A stretch of DNA of 61,734 nt from Phycisphaerae bacterium. GTDB taxonomy: Bacteria; Planctomycetota; Phycisphaerae; UBA1845; PWPN01. A model generated the notes under the pieces. The model had not been told where the DNA came from, searched no databases, and saw only the letters and a list, made by a program, of their open reading frames with translations. The DNA lies in the NCBI GenBank assembly GCA_016928855.1, contig JAFGKA010000213.1:1-61734 (forward strand). Reading direction: 5' to 3'. Position 1 is the stretch's first letter; each line of letters opens with the position of its first letter. Both the position numbers and the translations under genes were made by a program. This document shows, in pieces, positions 1 to 9,539 of this stretch.

Positions 1-327
1 CGCACGGGACAGCCCGTACATCTCGCCGACGAAGTCGATGAACTCGCGGCCGGTGAGCTTGTCGTACAGGAACGGCTCGTCGGGCACGTACGCGAGTTGG
101 GCCTTGGCCTGCCGCCCGTCGCGGTCCATCGGGTGTCCGCAGACCTCGATGCGGCCCGTATCGCTCGTCAGCAAGCCGGCGATCATTTTGATCGTCGTCG
201 TCTTGCCCGCGCCGTTCGGGCCGAGAAACGCGAACACCTCGCCAGGCTGGACTGAAAGCGACAGATCATTCACGGCAACCTTGTCGCCGAACCGCTTCGT
301 GACGTGTTCTACATGCACCGCGTACAT
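1..327 (-). CDS. ABC transporter ATP-binding protein (runs off window start)
   Basis: Manual translation from ATG at 327: MYAVHVEHVTKRFGDKVAVNDLSLSVQPGEVFAFLGPNGAGKTTTIKM...AYVPDEPFLY; Walker A GPNGAGKT. Not in the ORF track because it is truncated. Confidence 0.9.
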   Translation of the reverse strand, partial: MYAVHVEHVTKRFGDKVAVNDLSLSVQPGEVFAFLGPNGAGKTTTIKMIAGLLTSDTGRIEVCGHPMDRDGRQAKAQLAYVPDEPFLYDKLTGREFIDFVGEMYGLSRA

Positions 328-335
328 GACGGACC

Positions 336-1244
336 TCAGTTCGAGGGCACCGTGACCGTATCGATCCGCTCCGATGCCGTCTTTGTATCAGTTGATTTCG
401 TCGTCGCGTGGGTCGGCGCGCTGGCCGAGCAAACGCTTCGGCGCAGCTCGGTTCGCCGTTCGGCATCGAACGGTTCGTCCTCCACGATCAGTTTGCCGAG
501 TCCGGGGATGGGCATGTCCGCTTCCTGCCGGAGGACCCGGCCGTCCGGCGCGACCCAGGCGTGCACCCGCCCGGCGGTCACCAGAAAGCATTGAACGCGC
601 TCGCCCTGATGCTCGATCGTTTCCATCCGTTCGACCGTCGCGATGATCGACGTCGGTCGCGTCTTCTGATACAGGGCGGCGGCGAGCGGGTCGAGAATCT
701 GCATCCGCCACGACTGGCCGACACGCAGGTCCGGCAGCACGTCGAACGGCTGGATGCTGTCGCTGATCAACCGGCTGGCCGCGGCGTCGAGTTTGAACGT
801 CCGTCGGAAAGAGCCGATCTGCAGCGTGCAGGGAATGTAGCGGCCGTAGCTTTCGCCCTGCATGCTGATCTTCAGGGCCGTGCCGTCCGGAAGCATGACG
901 CCAACCACGTCAAGCTCGAACGCATCGATGTCGCCGTCCGCCATCATCGTCACCACGGTGTCGATGCAGATCGGCGGCAGCATCGGCACGCGCTCGAGCA
1001 CGACTGTCTTCTTCATCTGGACCTGCTGGCCGAATCCCACGTACTCCGACCACCCCGTGCCCACGCGGCGGCGATGCTCATCAAAGATTCCACACTGCGA
1101 CTGCCGGTAGCGTGCCTCCTTGTCCTGGGCCGTGAGGTTCGGCGGTTCCTGGGCGGTCCACGCCGGCCAGACGTCGCGATAGAACAGCGCCGCCATGGCC
1201 GTCAGCCAGAGTGCGGTGACCGCGATGCCGAATGTGCGATACAT
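336..1244 (-). CDS. Hypothetical membrane-anchored protein in ABC operon
   Basis: 302 aa, N-terminal hydrophobic helix, 8 bp upstream of the ABC ATPase. Confidence 0.7.
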   Translation of the reverse strand: MYRTFGIAVTALWLTAMAALFYRDVWPAWTAQEPPNLTAQDKEARYRQSQCGIFDEHRRRVGTGWSEYVGFGQQVQMKKTVVLERVPMLPPICIDTVVTMMADGDIDAFELDVVGVMLPDGTALKISMQGESYGRYIPCTLQIGSFRRTFKLDAAASRLISDSIQPFDVLPDLRVGQSWRMQILDPLAAALYQKTRPTSIIATVERMETIEHQGERVQCFLVTAGRVHAWVAPDGRVLRQEADMPIPGLGKLIVEDEPFDAERRTELRRSVCSASAPTHATTKSTDTKTASERIDTVTVPSN

Positions 1245-1564
1245 GATCGTTCGCCTTGCGTGAGGAAGCCTTCATGCTCCATCGGATTTTAGGGAATCGC
1301 CATCCGGCCGGTCAAACGATTGTTCTGCCGGGACGCCAGGCCGGGCGTCCTGAGGCCATTACGGCCGCTGCGATTTGCCGTGCGGGTGAAACTTGCGAAA
1401 GCCCTCGGGTGTAGTACAACGCCGGCTGGGGTCTGGCTTCGTTTTGCGCGAGTTGACCTCGTCGACCGGAGACCCGCTTCGGTATGCAACAAACGTCGGT
1501 CCGTGAATAGAAGGCCCAGGCAAAACGGTGCCTGACCCCTTCTCTTGTTTAAGGAGACACGCCG

Positions 1565-2512
1565 TTGACGAAGTCCGTGGCGGTCAGAATGGAACAGGTG
1601 GACAAGTCGTTCGGCTCGGTGCGGGCGGTCCAGGGCCTGGACCTGACGGTGCCGGCCGGCTGCATCTATGGCGTGCTCGGCCCGAACGGCGCGGGCAAGA
1701 CCACGGCGATTCGGATGCTGATGGACATTGTCGCGCCGGATCACGGCCGCATCGAGATGCTCGGGGCGGCAACGGCTTCATCGGTCAAGGACCGCGTGGG
1801 CTACCTGCCGGAAGAACGCGGCCTCTACCGAAAAATGCGAGTCGCCGACACGCTCCGCTACCTCGGCCAGATCAAGGGCGTGCCCGCGCGCGTGCTGCGC
1901 GAGGCGATCCCGGCGCGACTCGAGGCCATTGGTCTGGCGTCGTGGGCATCACATCGGGTCGACGAGCTTTCCAAGGGCATGCAGCAGAAGATCCAGTTTC
2001 TCGGCGCGGTGATTTCCGATCCGGAACTGGTCATCCTCGACGAGCCGTTCGCCGGACTCGATCCGATCAACCTCGAAGCGCTGACGCAACAGATCCTCCA
2101 GATGCGGGCGGGCGGCGGAACGATTCTGCTCTCGACGCACATGATGGAGCAGGCCCAGCGGCTGTGTGACTCGGTCGTGCTGATTCACAAGGGCCGCAAG
2201 GTTCTTGACGGGCCCGTCCGCGAGATTCTGAGCCGCGTCGATCCACGAATTGTTCTCGTCGAAATCGACGGTGATGAAACGGGCCTGCCCGAGTTCGCCA
2301 TGGTCGAACAGGTTGAGCGTCACAACGGTGGCTGGCAGTGCACGCTGGCCGAGGGGACCGACCCGCAGGCCTTCCTGGCCGCCCTGGCCGGCCGCTGTCG
2401 GGTGCTGCGGTTCGAAGTGAAACGGCCGACGCTGACCGAAGTCTTCCTGGCGAGCGTGAGCGACGCGACGGATCCTGCCGCCATGGCCGCTGGGCAGGAG
2501 GTCGCACGATGA
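1565..2512 (+). CDS. ABC-2 type transporter ATP-binding protein (NatA/YhaQ-like)
   Basis: GPNGAGKT, signature LSKGMQQ, VILDEP, LSTH. Confidence 0.92.
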   Translation: MTKSVAVRMEQVDKSFGSVRAVQGLDLTVPAGCIYGVLGPNGAGKTTAIRMLMDIVAPDHGRIEMLGAATASSVKDRVGYLPEERGLYRKMRVADTLRYLGQIKGVPARVLREAIPARLEAIGLASWASHRVDELSKGMQQKIQFLGAVISDPELVILDEPFAGLDPINLEALTQQILQMRAGGGTILLSTHMMEQAQRLCDSVVLIHKGRKVLDGPVREILSRVDPRIVLVEIDGDETGLPEFAMVEQVERHNGGWQCTLAEGTDPQAFLAALAGRCRVLRFEVKRPTLTEVFLASVSDATDPAAMAAGQEVAR

Positions 2513-3762
2513 GTGGATACAAGATCTTTACCGTGGCCCGACGCGAGTATATCGAGACCGTCAAGACAAAGGCGTTTCTGCTCGGCCTGCTGCTCATGCC
2601 GCTGATGATTGTCGCCGTGATCATGCTGTCGACGCGACTGTCCGTCCAGCAACCATCCGAGCAGAAGACACAGCGTCTCGCGATCGTCGATCGGTCCGGA
2701 CGTGTGGCCGAGCGCATGCTCGCCCAGGTTCCCGCCGGTGAGAGCGGAAGTCTTCAGATCGAGGTCGGCGATCCGGCCGCGGATCCTGGCACGCTGCTCG
2801 GCGAACTCCAGAAGAAGGTCCATGCGGGCAGTCTGTATGCCGTGCTGGATATTCCCGCCGACGTCCTGGCCGAAGATGCTTCACCGGCCGTGCTTCATGC
2901 GCGAGGCGGATTCTTCGATGAACGTACGTACCGCGTGCGCGGGCTCCTGAATGACGCGGTGACACACATCCGCTACGAAGACGCCGGACTCGATCCGGAC
3001 GAGATGCGGAAGCTGGCCCGGCCCGTGCGTTTCGAAGAGCGTGACATGCGGGGCGAGCGGAATCGTCCCGACAAGCAGATGGCAACGATGATGACGCCCT
3101 TTGCATTTCTGTTCTTGCTCTTCATGGGCGTCTTCGGCGTCAGCCAGGGCCTCCTGACCAGTGTCATCGAGGAGAAGAGTTCGCGCATTGTGGAAGTGCT
3201 TTTGTCGGCACTGAGCCCCCTCGAGTTGATGACCGGCAAGATCCTCGGCATCGCCGGCGTCGGCTTCACGCTCGTGCTGGTGTGGACCTCGGTCGCGTAC
3301 GGCGCCGCCATCTGGAAAGGGGTCGAACACCTCGTCCAGATCCAGCATATCGGCCTGTTCCTTATGTATTACGTGCTGGGCTTCCTGCTGATCGCATCGG
3401 TCCTCGCGGCACTCGGCGCGGCCTGCAACACGCTCAAGGAAGCACAGAGTCTGATGAGCCCGGTGACGTTCGTGCTGATCGTGCCGATGATCTGCTGGTT
3501 CTACATCACACGAAGCCCGAATTCGACGTTTTCGACGCTCCTGTCGTTCTTCCCGCCCCTGACACCGTTCGTCATGATCCTGCGGCTGGTTTCGCCCGAG
3601 GGCGACGGCGTGCCGCTCTGGCAACAGATCGCGGCCCCGTGCTGGCTAACGATCTGGGTCGTGCTCGTGGTGTGGGTCGCGTCACGCGTATTCCGCGTCG
3701 GCCTGCTGATGTATGGGAAGGCGCCCGGTCTGCGCGAACTCGTACGCTGGGTACGGTACTGA
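2509..3762 (+). CDS. ABC-2 type permease (NatB/YhaP-like)
   Basis: Start MSGYKIFTVARREY overlaps the ATPase stop (ATGA); EEKSSRIVEVLLS...GKILG motif; multiple TM segments. Confidence 0.9.
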   Translation: MSGYKIFTVARREYIETVKTKAFLLGLLLMPLMIVAVIMLSTRLSVQQPSEQKTQRLAIVDRSGRVAERMLAQVPAGESGSLQIEVGDPAADPGTLLGELQKKVHAGSLYAVLDIPADVLAEDASPAVLHARGGFFDERTYRVRGLLNDAVTHIRYEDAGLDPDEMRKLARPVRFEERDMRGERNRPDKQMATMMTPFAFLFLLFMGVFGVSQGLLTSVIEEKSSRIVEVLLSALSPLELMTGKILGIAGVGFTLVLVWTSVAYGAAIWKGVEHLVQIQHIGLFLMYYVLGFLLIASVLAALGAACNTLKEAQSLMSPVTFVLIVPMICWFYITRSPNSTFSTLLSFFPPLTPFVMILRLVSPEGDGVPLWQQIAAPCWLTIWVVLVVWVASRVFRVGLLMYGKAPGLRELVRWVRY

Positions 3763-3831
3763 TCGAGGATGCCGGCTGCGGCGGTCTGCGGACCGAACGC
3801 GTGGATTCGATGGTCCGCTTCTTCCGCGCCG

Positions 3832-4797
3832 TCACCGATCGCTGTCTTGCGCGAGCTTGCCCGCGACCAGCGCTTCGACGAACAGCCGGGCTTTGCGGGC
3901 GGCCGCGAGGCGCTCGGGCAGGCTGCCCGGCGCGAGCGTTTCGATGACGAGCGGGCCGCGCGTGAAGCCGCCCTTTTTCAGGCGGGCCATGACCGCCGGG
4001 AAGTCTACCCTGCCGTCGCCGGGGTTCACGTCCACCACCTTGCTGGGCTTGCCGTCCTCGACGGTCATCGTGAAATCCTTGACGCACATGCCGCTCACGA
4101 TACCGGCGACGCTCGGCGCATCCTCGATCGGATCCAGCTTGCCATCGGAGTAGTAGAAGATGTTGCCCGGATCGTACCAGAGCGTGAAGCTCTTGTGGCC
4201 GACGCGCTCGATCGTCTTACGGCACTGCGGACCGGTGGCGTTGAGACCGCCGTGCGGCTTGAGCACCAGGCCGATGTGCTTCTCGGCTGCGTAGTCACAC
4301 GTCTCAGCGACGGCCTTGTAGTAATCGTCGTAGCGATTCGCGTCGCCGGTGCCACCAAGCATGAGCGTCTTCGATCCGGCGGCGGCGCAGTTGTCGATCA
4401 GCTTCCGCAGTCCGGCAATCCCCGCCTCGAGCGACCGCTCGGCGTCGAAACCGCCGCCGTAGACCGACGGAATCTCGAGGCCGCGTTTCCGCGCCTCGGC
4501 GCCGATGCGGCTCGCTTCCTCCACGCTTGTGGCCAGGGAGATGACGAGACCCGTCTTCGACGTCATCAGCCCGGCATGCTTGAAGCCGGCCTCCGCGATG
4601 GCGTCTAGCGCGGCGGGCCATTCCTGCTCGCCCCACGGCCGGGTAAAGCAGCCGACCTGCCAGCCGCCGGCCTCGGCCGGCGCCGTGCTCGTCGCGGCCA
4701 CGGCCGCAACCGCACGCGGGCCCACAATCCCGACCGCCGCCGCACTGAGCCCCGTCTTGAGAAGGTTCCGCCGAGTCACACTATGCTCTTGCTTCAT
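3832..4797 (-). CDS. Tat-exported sugar phosphate isomerase/epimerase family TIM-barrel protein
   Basis: TRRNLL signal; KPHGG, WYDPGN, CVKD, LVIE motifs. Confidence 0.8.
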   Translation of the reverse strand: MKQEHSVTRRNLLKTGLSAAAVGIVGPRAVAAVAATSTAPAEAGGWQVGCFTRPWGEQEWPAALDAIAEAGFKHAGLMTSKTGLVISLATSVEEASRIGAEARKRGLEIPSVYGGGFDAERSLEAGIAGLRKLIDNCAAAGSKTLMLGGTGDANRYDDYYKAVAETCDYAAEKHIGLVLKPHGGLNATGPQCRKTIERVGHKSFTLWYDPGNIFYYSDGKLDPIEDAPSVAGIVSGMCVKDFTMTVEDGKPSKVVDVNPGDGRVDFPAVMARLKKGGFTRGPLVIETLAPGSLPERLAAARKARLFVEALVAGKLAQDSDR

Positions 4798-4908
4798 GGG
4801 TGCACGCTCCTGGTATGGCGTTGATCGCTCCGGCCCGACCTCGCGAGGTAAGCGCTCGCGGTCCCTCGACGACCCGGTGGCCGGGATCTGCTGGCCCATG
4901 ATAACCGG

Positions 4909-4932
4909 ATGCCGCACGCCGATCGACACACG
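4909..4932 (+). repeat. 24-bp direct repeat copy 1 (copy 2 at 6416-6439)
   Basis: ATGCCGCACGCCGATCGACACACG vs ATGCGGCATGCCGATCGACACACG, 22/24 identical. Confidence 0.7.
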
Positions 4933-5082
4933 TACACCGTTCTGCGCCACCGGCCTGCACCGGCTTGGCTGCTGGGGCCCTGCCTGCTAGAGTGGGATGC
5001 GAGCGGTTGGCCATCGCGATCCGGTAGGGCTTTATCCGCCGCCCGAAGGAGTTCCGAGACCGTGATTGAGGGCAAGAAGCAG

Positions 5083-6405
5083 ATGGGTCTCGTGCTGAAA
5101 AAGGCGAGCCGAATAGCGTGGAAAGCCAACAGGCCTCGTGTTGCGATCGTTGTCTGGGCGGGCGTCCTGCTGGTTGTCGACATTGCCGGAGCCGACATCG
5201 CCCAGGTCAACACGACCGCGCAGATTGCTCGCCTCACCGGTCCCGGCGCCGTCAACGACACGGCCGCCGTGGGAATCGGTGGGACAGACCTGGGGATCAT
5301 GGTCAACCATCACGGCCAAACCTTCCTGCTCTTCGGCGATACGTTCTCCAGCGACACGAGCTCGCCCGGCACCGGCTGGCGATGGAACACCATGGCGTAC
5401 ACGACTGACACCGACCCCGCCGACGGCATCACCTTTGACGGCTGGATCACGAGTTCACCCTCGTGGGCCTGCGAGATCATCCACTCCGGGCGCCAGACGC
5501 CCGTAACCGAAATCCCGACCGGGGCCATCAGCATCGGTGATCGTCTCTACGTCTGGTACATGTCCGTGGAGGCGTGGGGAACGGTCGGTGGCCAGTGGAC
5601 GTGCAACTACGGCGGGCTGGCGTACTCCGACGATGACGGCTGGAGCTTTACGGTCGTCGACTCGTTCGAGTTTCCGGGCGACGGCAACTTCGTCATGGTG
5701 GCTGCCGCCACGAGAACCGACCCGTACGGCGGCGAAGACCCGTACGTCTATGTCTGGGGCACGCCCGCGGGCCGCTTCGGCGGCGTGAAACTCGCCCGGA
5801 TCCTTCCGCAGGACATCGCGAACCTTGCGGCCTACCAGTACATGGGCGGCCTGGTGGATGGCCGCCCGACGTGGACCACCGCCGAGGCCGACGGCGTCAT
5901 TATCGTACCGGCACCCGTCGGCGAGATGTCCGTGATGTACAACGCCGCAGCCCGCGTTTGGACGATGCTTTCGTTTGACGAGAACCGCGACGCGATCGAG
6001 TTGTGGCAGGCCCGAACCCCCTGGGGTCCATGGTTTGGCCCCATCACCGTAACGACGGGCAGAACGTACCCCGGTCTGTACGGCTCGTACATGAACCCGC
6101 TCTACGTCGGGAACGACGGCCAAAGCGTCTACTTCACGATGTCGCGCTGGTTCTCGTATGACGTCTACCTGATGAAGACCGACTTCCGTCTCGTAGCACC
6201 GGCTGACTTTGACCGGGACGGCGACGTGGACCTTGCGGACTTCGCGAACTTCCAGGGGGCGTTCAACGGCCCCAATCGCCCCTGCAACGGTCAGCCGAGT
6301 TGTGCGAGGGTTGATTTCGACGGAGACGGAGATGTGGACCTGGCCGACTTCGGCACGTTCCAAAGCTGTTTCAACGGCCCCAACCGACCTCCCGTGTACC
6401 AGTGA
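5083..6405 (+). CDS. Secreted DUF4185-like protein with C-terminal dockerin-like double EF-hand module
   Basis: GGTDLG, LFGDTF, IPTG, VGEMSV, PWGPW, LYG motifs typical of DUF4185; C-terminal DFDxDGDVDLADF x2. Start uncertain. Confidence 0.8.
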   Translation: MGLVLKKASRIAWKANRPRVAIVVWAGVLLVVDIAGADIAQVNTTAQIARLTGPGAVNDTAAVGIGGTDLGIMVNHHGQTFLLFGDTFSSDTSSPGTGWRWNTMAYTTDTDPADGITFDGWITSSPSWACEIIHSGRQTPVTEIPTGAISIGDRLYVWYMSVEAWGTVGGQWTCNYGGLAYSDDDGWSFTVVDSFEFPGDGNFVMVAAATRTDPYGGEDPYVYVWGTPAGRFGGVKLARILPQDIANLAAYQYMGGLVDGRPTWTTAEADGVIIVPAPVGEMSVMYNAAARVWTMLSFDENRDAIELWQARTPWGPWFGPITVTTGRTYPGLYGSYMNPLYVGNDGQSVYFTMSRWFSYDVYLMKTDFRLVAPADFDRDGDVDLADFANFQGAFNGPNRPCNGQPSCARVDFDGDGDVDLADFGTFQSCFNGPNRPPVYQ

Positions 6406-6415
6406 CCGGTGCCGC

Positions 6416-6439
6416 ATGCGGCATGCCGATCGACACACG
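6416..6439 (+). repeat. 24-bp direct repeat copy 2
   Basis: Matches 4909-4932 at 22/24. Confidence 0.7.
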
Positions 6440-6448
6440 CGCAGTGTT

Positions 6449-6769
6449 TCATGCCAGAATGATCGTGCAGAGCGAGCCGCCGATCAGCATCAGGGCGGCG
6501 ATGGCTTCGAGGTCGCGGTGGCGTATGAGCGGGCGGTCCGGCACGACGGCCCGAAGGATCAGCGTCAGGACACCGAAGGCCATCGAGGCCCCCCCGAAGC
6601 TGTTAATCGCCCCACACCCCAGGCCAAAGAGAAGGCCCAGCAGCGGCCAGAGCAGGAGCAGAACGATCCCGAGGACGCAATCATCTCTCCGCCCGCGACA
6701 AAGGCCGCGGCCCCAGAACAGGACCGCAAGAACGTTCAGTACCACAAAGGCAATCAGCCCTCGGTCCAT
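6449..6769 (-). CDS. Small integral membrane hypothetical protein
   Basis: MDRGLIAFVVLNVLAV... about 4 hydrophobic segments; GAGGA upstream. Confidence 0.6.
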   Translation of the reverse strand: MDRGLIAFVVLNVLAVLFWGRGLCRGRRDDCVLGIVLLLLWPLLGLLFGLGCGAINSFGGASMAFGVLTLILRAVVPDRPLIRHRDLEAIAALMLIGGSLCTIILA

Positions 6770-6816
6770 GGCCCGTTCCTCCGTCCGCGTCAGTCTGCGG
6801 ACGATCTCTCCAACCG

Positions 6817-7986
6817 CTACGGCGTCGGATCGTCGACGACCGCGACGGATTCGCGTTGGATCAGGTCTACGTCGACGAGGACGTGTTCGGCCGGCAGATC
6901 GGTGTAGGAGCCGTGTTGCAGGCGGCGTTCGAGCAGGGCGACGGCGCGGTGGCCGATCTCGTTCGTGCGCTGGGCGGCGGTGGTCAGGTGCGGCGTCAGG
7001 GCCGTGACGACCGATGAATCGTCGAAACAGACGATCGAGACATCCTCGGGCACGCGCAGCTTGAGTTCTCGGCAGGCCTCGAGCACGCCCCACGCAATGA
7101 CATCGCACTGGGCGAACACGGCCACGGGCAGCTTCGCGGTCTTCAGGGCCGGCAAGGCCGCCTCGCAGCCGGCTTGCCACCGACGACCCTGCTCGACGCC
7201 ACGCACGACCGCATCGTGCTGGAGCCAGACCTTCCAATCCCGTCGCGGTTCGATGCCGCTTTCCAGTAACGCTCGCTCATAGCCGCGGACGCGATCCGCG
7301 ATCGACGAAAGGTCCATCCAGTCGGCCACCATCAGGATACGCTCGTGGCCGGCCTCAATCAGGTGGCTCGTGAGCAGGTGGGCGCCCTTCTCGTGGTCAC
7401 TCTCGACCAGATCGACACGCAGGCCCGGCACCGCCCGGTCGACCAGCACCAGCGGGAAGTTCGCCAGCTTCAGCCGGAAGAGCGATTCGACATTGGCGTC
7501 GCAGGAGACCGGCAGCACGATCGCCCCCCGCACGCCGCAGGTCAGAAGGCGTTCGAGGTTGCGGCTCTCCAACTCGGAATCGCTCTTGTCGTCGAAGATC
7601 TGAACGCCCCAGCCGCGCTTCTGGCAGGCATCCTCGATCCCGCGAGCCAGGCCGACGTCGAACTCGCCCGTCAGATCGACCACCACGAACGCGATTGTCA
7701 CCGGCTGGCGGTCCGTGGCCGCAGACGAGGTGGATCGAACGAATGCCCCGACCGCCGGGATGCGCGAGACATGACCCTCGCGTTCGAGGAGGCGCAGCGC
7801 CTGGCGGATCGTCATCGTGCTGACGTTGAATTCGTCGGCGAGTTCACGCAACGCGGGCAGCTTGGCTCCGCTGAGCAGGCGCCCCTCCAACAGGCGGCGG
7901 CGAAGCTCATCGGCGACCGTGCGGTGAAGCGGTTGCCTCTTGCGCCCGGTCCCCTCGACGGCCCGTGCGTGTGACGTGTCGCTCAT
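6817..7986 (-). CDS. GntR-HTH / LacI-type effector domain transcriptional regulator (AraR-like)
   Basis: KLPALRELADEFNVSTMTIRQAL...GAFV plus periplasmic-binding-fold C-terminus (VPEDVSIVCFDD). Confidence 0.9.
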   Translation of the reverse strand: MSDTSHARAVEGTGRKRQPLHRTVADELRRRLLEGRLLSGAKLPALRELADEFNVSTMTIRQALRLLEREGHVSRIPAVGAFVRSTSSAATDRQPVTIAFVVVDLTGEFDVGLARGIEDACQKRGWGVQIFDDKSDSELESRNLERLLTCGVRGAIVLPVSCDANVESLFRLKLANFPLVLVDRAVPGLRVDLVESDHEKGAHLLTSHLIEAGHERILMVADWMDLSSIADRVRGYERALLESGIEPRRDWKVWLQHDAVVRGVEQGRRWQAGCEAALPALKTAKLPVAVFAQCDVIAWGVLEACRELKLRVPEDVSIVCFDDSSVVTALTPHLTTAAQRTNEIGHRAVALLERRLQHGSYTDLPAEHVLVDVDLIQRESVAVVDDPTP

Positions 7987-8154
7987 CGGTACCCCTAGCC
8001 TAATCGCGCTGTGACAGGATTTCAAGGCGAGGCCCAACACCGTCACGATGCCCAATTACACGGAACTGTATACACACAAATAAGTTGCGCGGCTGCAGGG
8101 TCGACGGGTGCCGACCGGTTTTCTTATCACGCCATGATAGGCCGAGGCGGCGGG

Positions 8155-8201
8155 CATCAGGCGCAGGCATATCCTGGACAACGCGCAACGGATCGTGTAC
8201 A
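8155..8201 (+). repeat. First 47 bp of the outer element end (interrupted by the inner element)
   Basis: 44/47 identical to 8202-8248; continues at 22234. Confidence 0.9.
8197..8201 (+). repeat. 5-bp target site duplication GTACA (left copy)
   Basis: GTACA directly abuts CATC at 8202 and recurs at 22229-22233. Confidence 0.85.
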
Positions 8202-8288
8202 CATCAGGCGCAGGCACATCGTGGACAACGCGCAACGGATCGTGGACAACGGCGGCGCAGAACATCACCGCAGGCGGTCGGATGACCG
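8202..8288 (+). repeat. Inner element end with tandem putative transposase-binding sites (GCGCA-N4/5-ATCGTGGACAA)
   Basis: ATCGTGGACAA at 8218 and 8239 (21-bp spacing); terminus CATCAGGCGCAGGCACATCGTGGAC. Confidence 0.85.
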
Positions 8289-8393
8289 TCGCGGTTCCAA
8301 AAAAATCGGAGAACCTCAACTTTTTTTCGGGGCCTCAAGCACCCCGAAAACGGCCCTTCGAAAGACCCTCAAACGGCCGTTCCGGGCCTATCC

Positions 8394-9536
8394 TCAAGCC
8401 GCGCTTCCACCGGGGCCGAGCACGGCCTCCAGGAGCTTCGCGGCTTCGACTCTCAGTACCCTGGCCTCTTCCGAGGCCGCCTCTTCTTCACCCCCAAGTT
8501 CTTCACCCCCAACCCCGCCGGCCTGGCCGTCCGGATCGTCGTCAAGGCCGTAGAGCATCGCCTTGGTGAATCCACCGTCCAGGGCTTCCGCCACGCCCAC
8601 GGACGCAGCCTGGAGCCTCTCTGCGATCGCCTCGAAGCTCTGGATGATCGCCTGGCGGATCTCGTTCGTTGTCGGCTCTTCGCGCTGTAGGATGCTCAGC
8701 GGCCCGGCCAGGTCACCCGACCGCGGGACGAACTCATCCGACGCGGCCAGCAGAAGCGAAGACTCCAGATCGGCCGTCACGACGCCGAGCCGGTCCAGCC
8801 CGTCCCGCACGGCCTCGACGATAATGTTCACGCCCCGGTCGATCGCATCCTTCCGCCTGGCCGTGCCGGCCTCGCGTGTCGCCTGCCACGTCAACTTCCG
8901 GGCCAGGGCGATGAGCCCTTCGAGCGGCTCCACGGCATCAAGCCGCGTATGACGCTGAAGCTCGGCGACAAGGGCGGCCTGAGAGTACGCTTGGTAGGCT
9001 GTGCGGCCGGCCACGTCTTGCGACATCGCCCGGATTAGCGCCTCACGGTTGCTCGGCACGGCCACGCAGGAGATCTCCACCAACTCCCAGGATGTTACGC
9101 GTCGCACACTCACCGAGCGCCCCGCGACCTGTTGCATCTCGGTCCGCCCGTCCCGGCGAAGGAAGCCGACGCTGAACGCGTTCATAAACCCACCGGCATA
9201 GAGCGCGCGATATTCCGGCCCGAGGCCGACCGGCGAAAACTCACCGCGGAACGGCAACGCTTCCTCGGTCGGTGCGATCTCCAGCACCTTGCCGATGACC
9301 GGGCTGTGCCCGCTCTCGAATCGCGGCTTGTGCATCGCCATCAGCACGGGGTTTTTCCGGTAGCTGGAGAGGTCCACGCCGCGCGGTTCCAGAATCTCAC
9401 CGTCGCGGTCGATCGTCCGCGCGTTGGCGAGTGCGCTGAACCGGCCCGAATCATCGACGCCCTTCTTGTCGATCTCGGCGAAGATGACGCCTTTCGATCC
9501 TATACCCAGGCCGTCTGGTTCCCGTACCTTTGCCAT
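8394..9536 (-). CDS. HK97-family prohead protease with long C-terminal extension
   Basis: IDRDGEILEPRG, NPVLMAMH, FSVGF, ELVEISCVAVPSN in the first ~170 aa of 380. Confidence 0.88.
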   Translation of the reverse strand: MAKVREPDGLGIGSKGVIFAEIDKKGVDDSGRFSALANARTIDRDGEILEPRGVDLSSYRKNPVLMAMHKPRFESGHSPVIGKVLEIAPTEEALPFRGEFSPVGLGPEYRALYAGGFMNAFSVGFLRRDGRTEMQQVAGRSVSVRRVTSWELVEISCVAVPSNREALIRAMSQDVAGRTAYQAYSQAALVAELQRHTRLDAVEPLEGLIALARKLTWQATREAGTARRKDAIDRGVNIIVEAVRDGLDRLGVVTADLESSLLLAASDEFVPRSGDLAGPLSILQREEPTTNEIRQAIIQSFEAIAERLQAASVGVAEALDGGFTKAMLYGLDDDPDGQAGGVGGEELGGEEEAASEEARVLRVEAAKLLEAVLGPGGSAA

Positions 9537-9539
9537 AAC

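Noticed and set aside
8117-8121. GGTTT as the TSD partner of 36655-36659
   Set aside because: It lies 33 bp outside the CAT terminus and is not followed by end-like sequence; likely chance.
8155-8248. Apparent 2 x 47-bp tandem repeat read as a CRISPR array, iterons or a slippage duplication
   Set aside because: No spacers and no cas or rep gene. It is fully explained as an outer end followed by the inner end, with the rest of the outer end at 22234-22273.
8324-8350. TTTTCGGGG-N9-CCCCGAAAA hairpin read as a terminator
   Set aside because: The stem is followed by A-runs, not U-runs, on both strands; function left unassigned.
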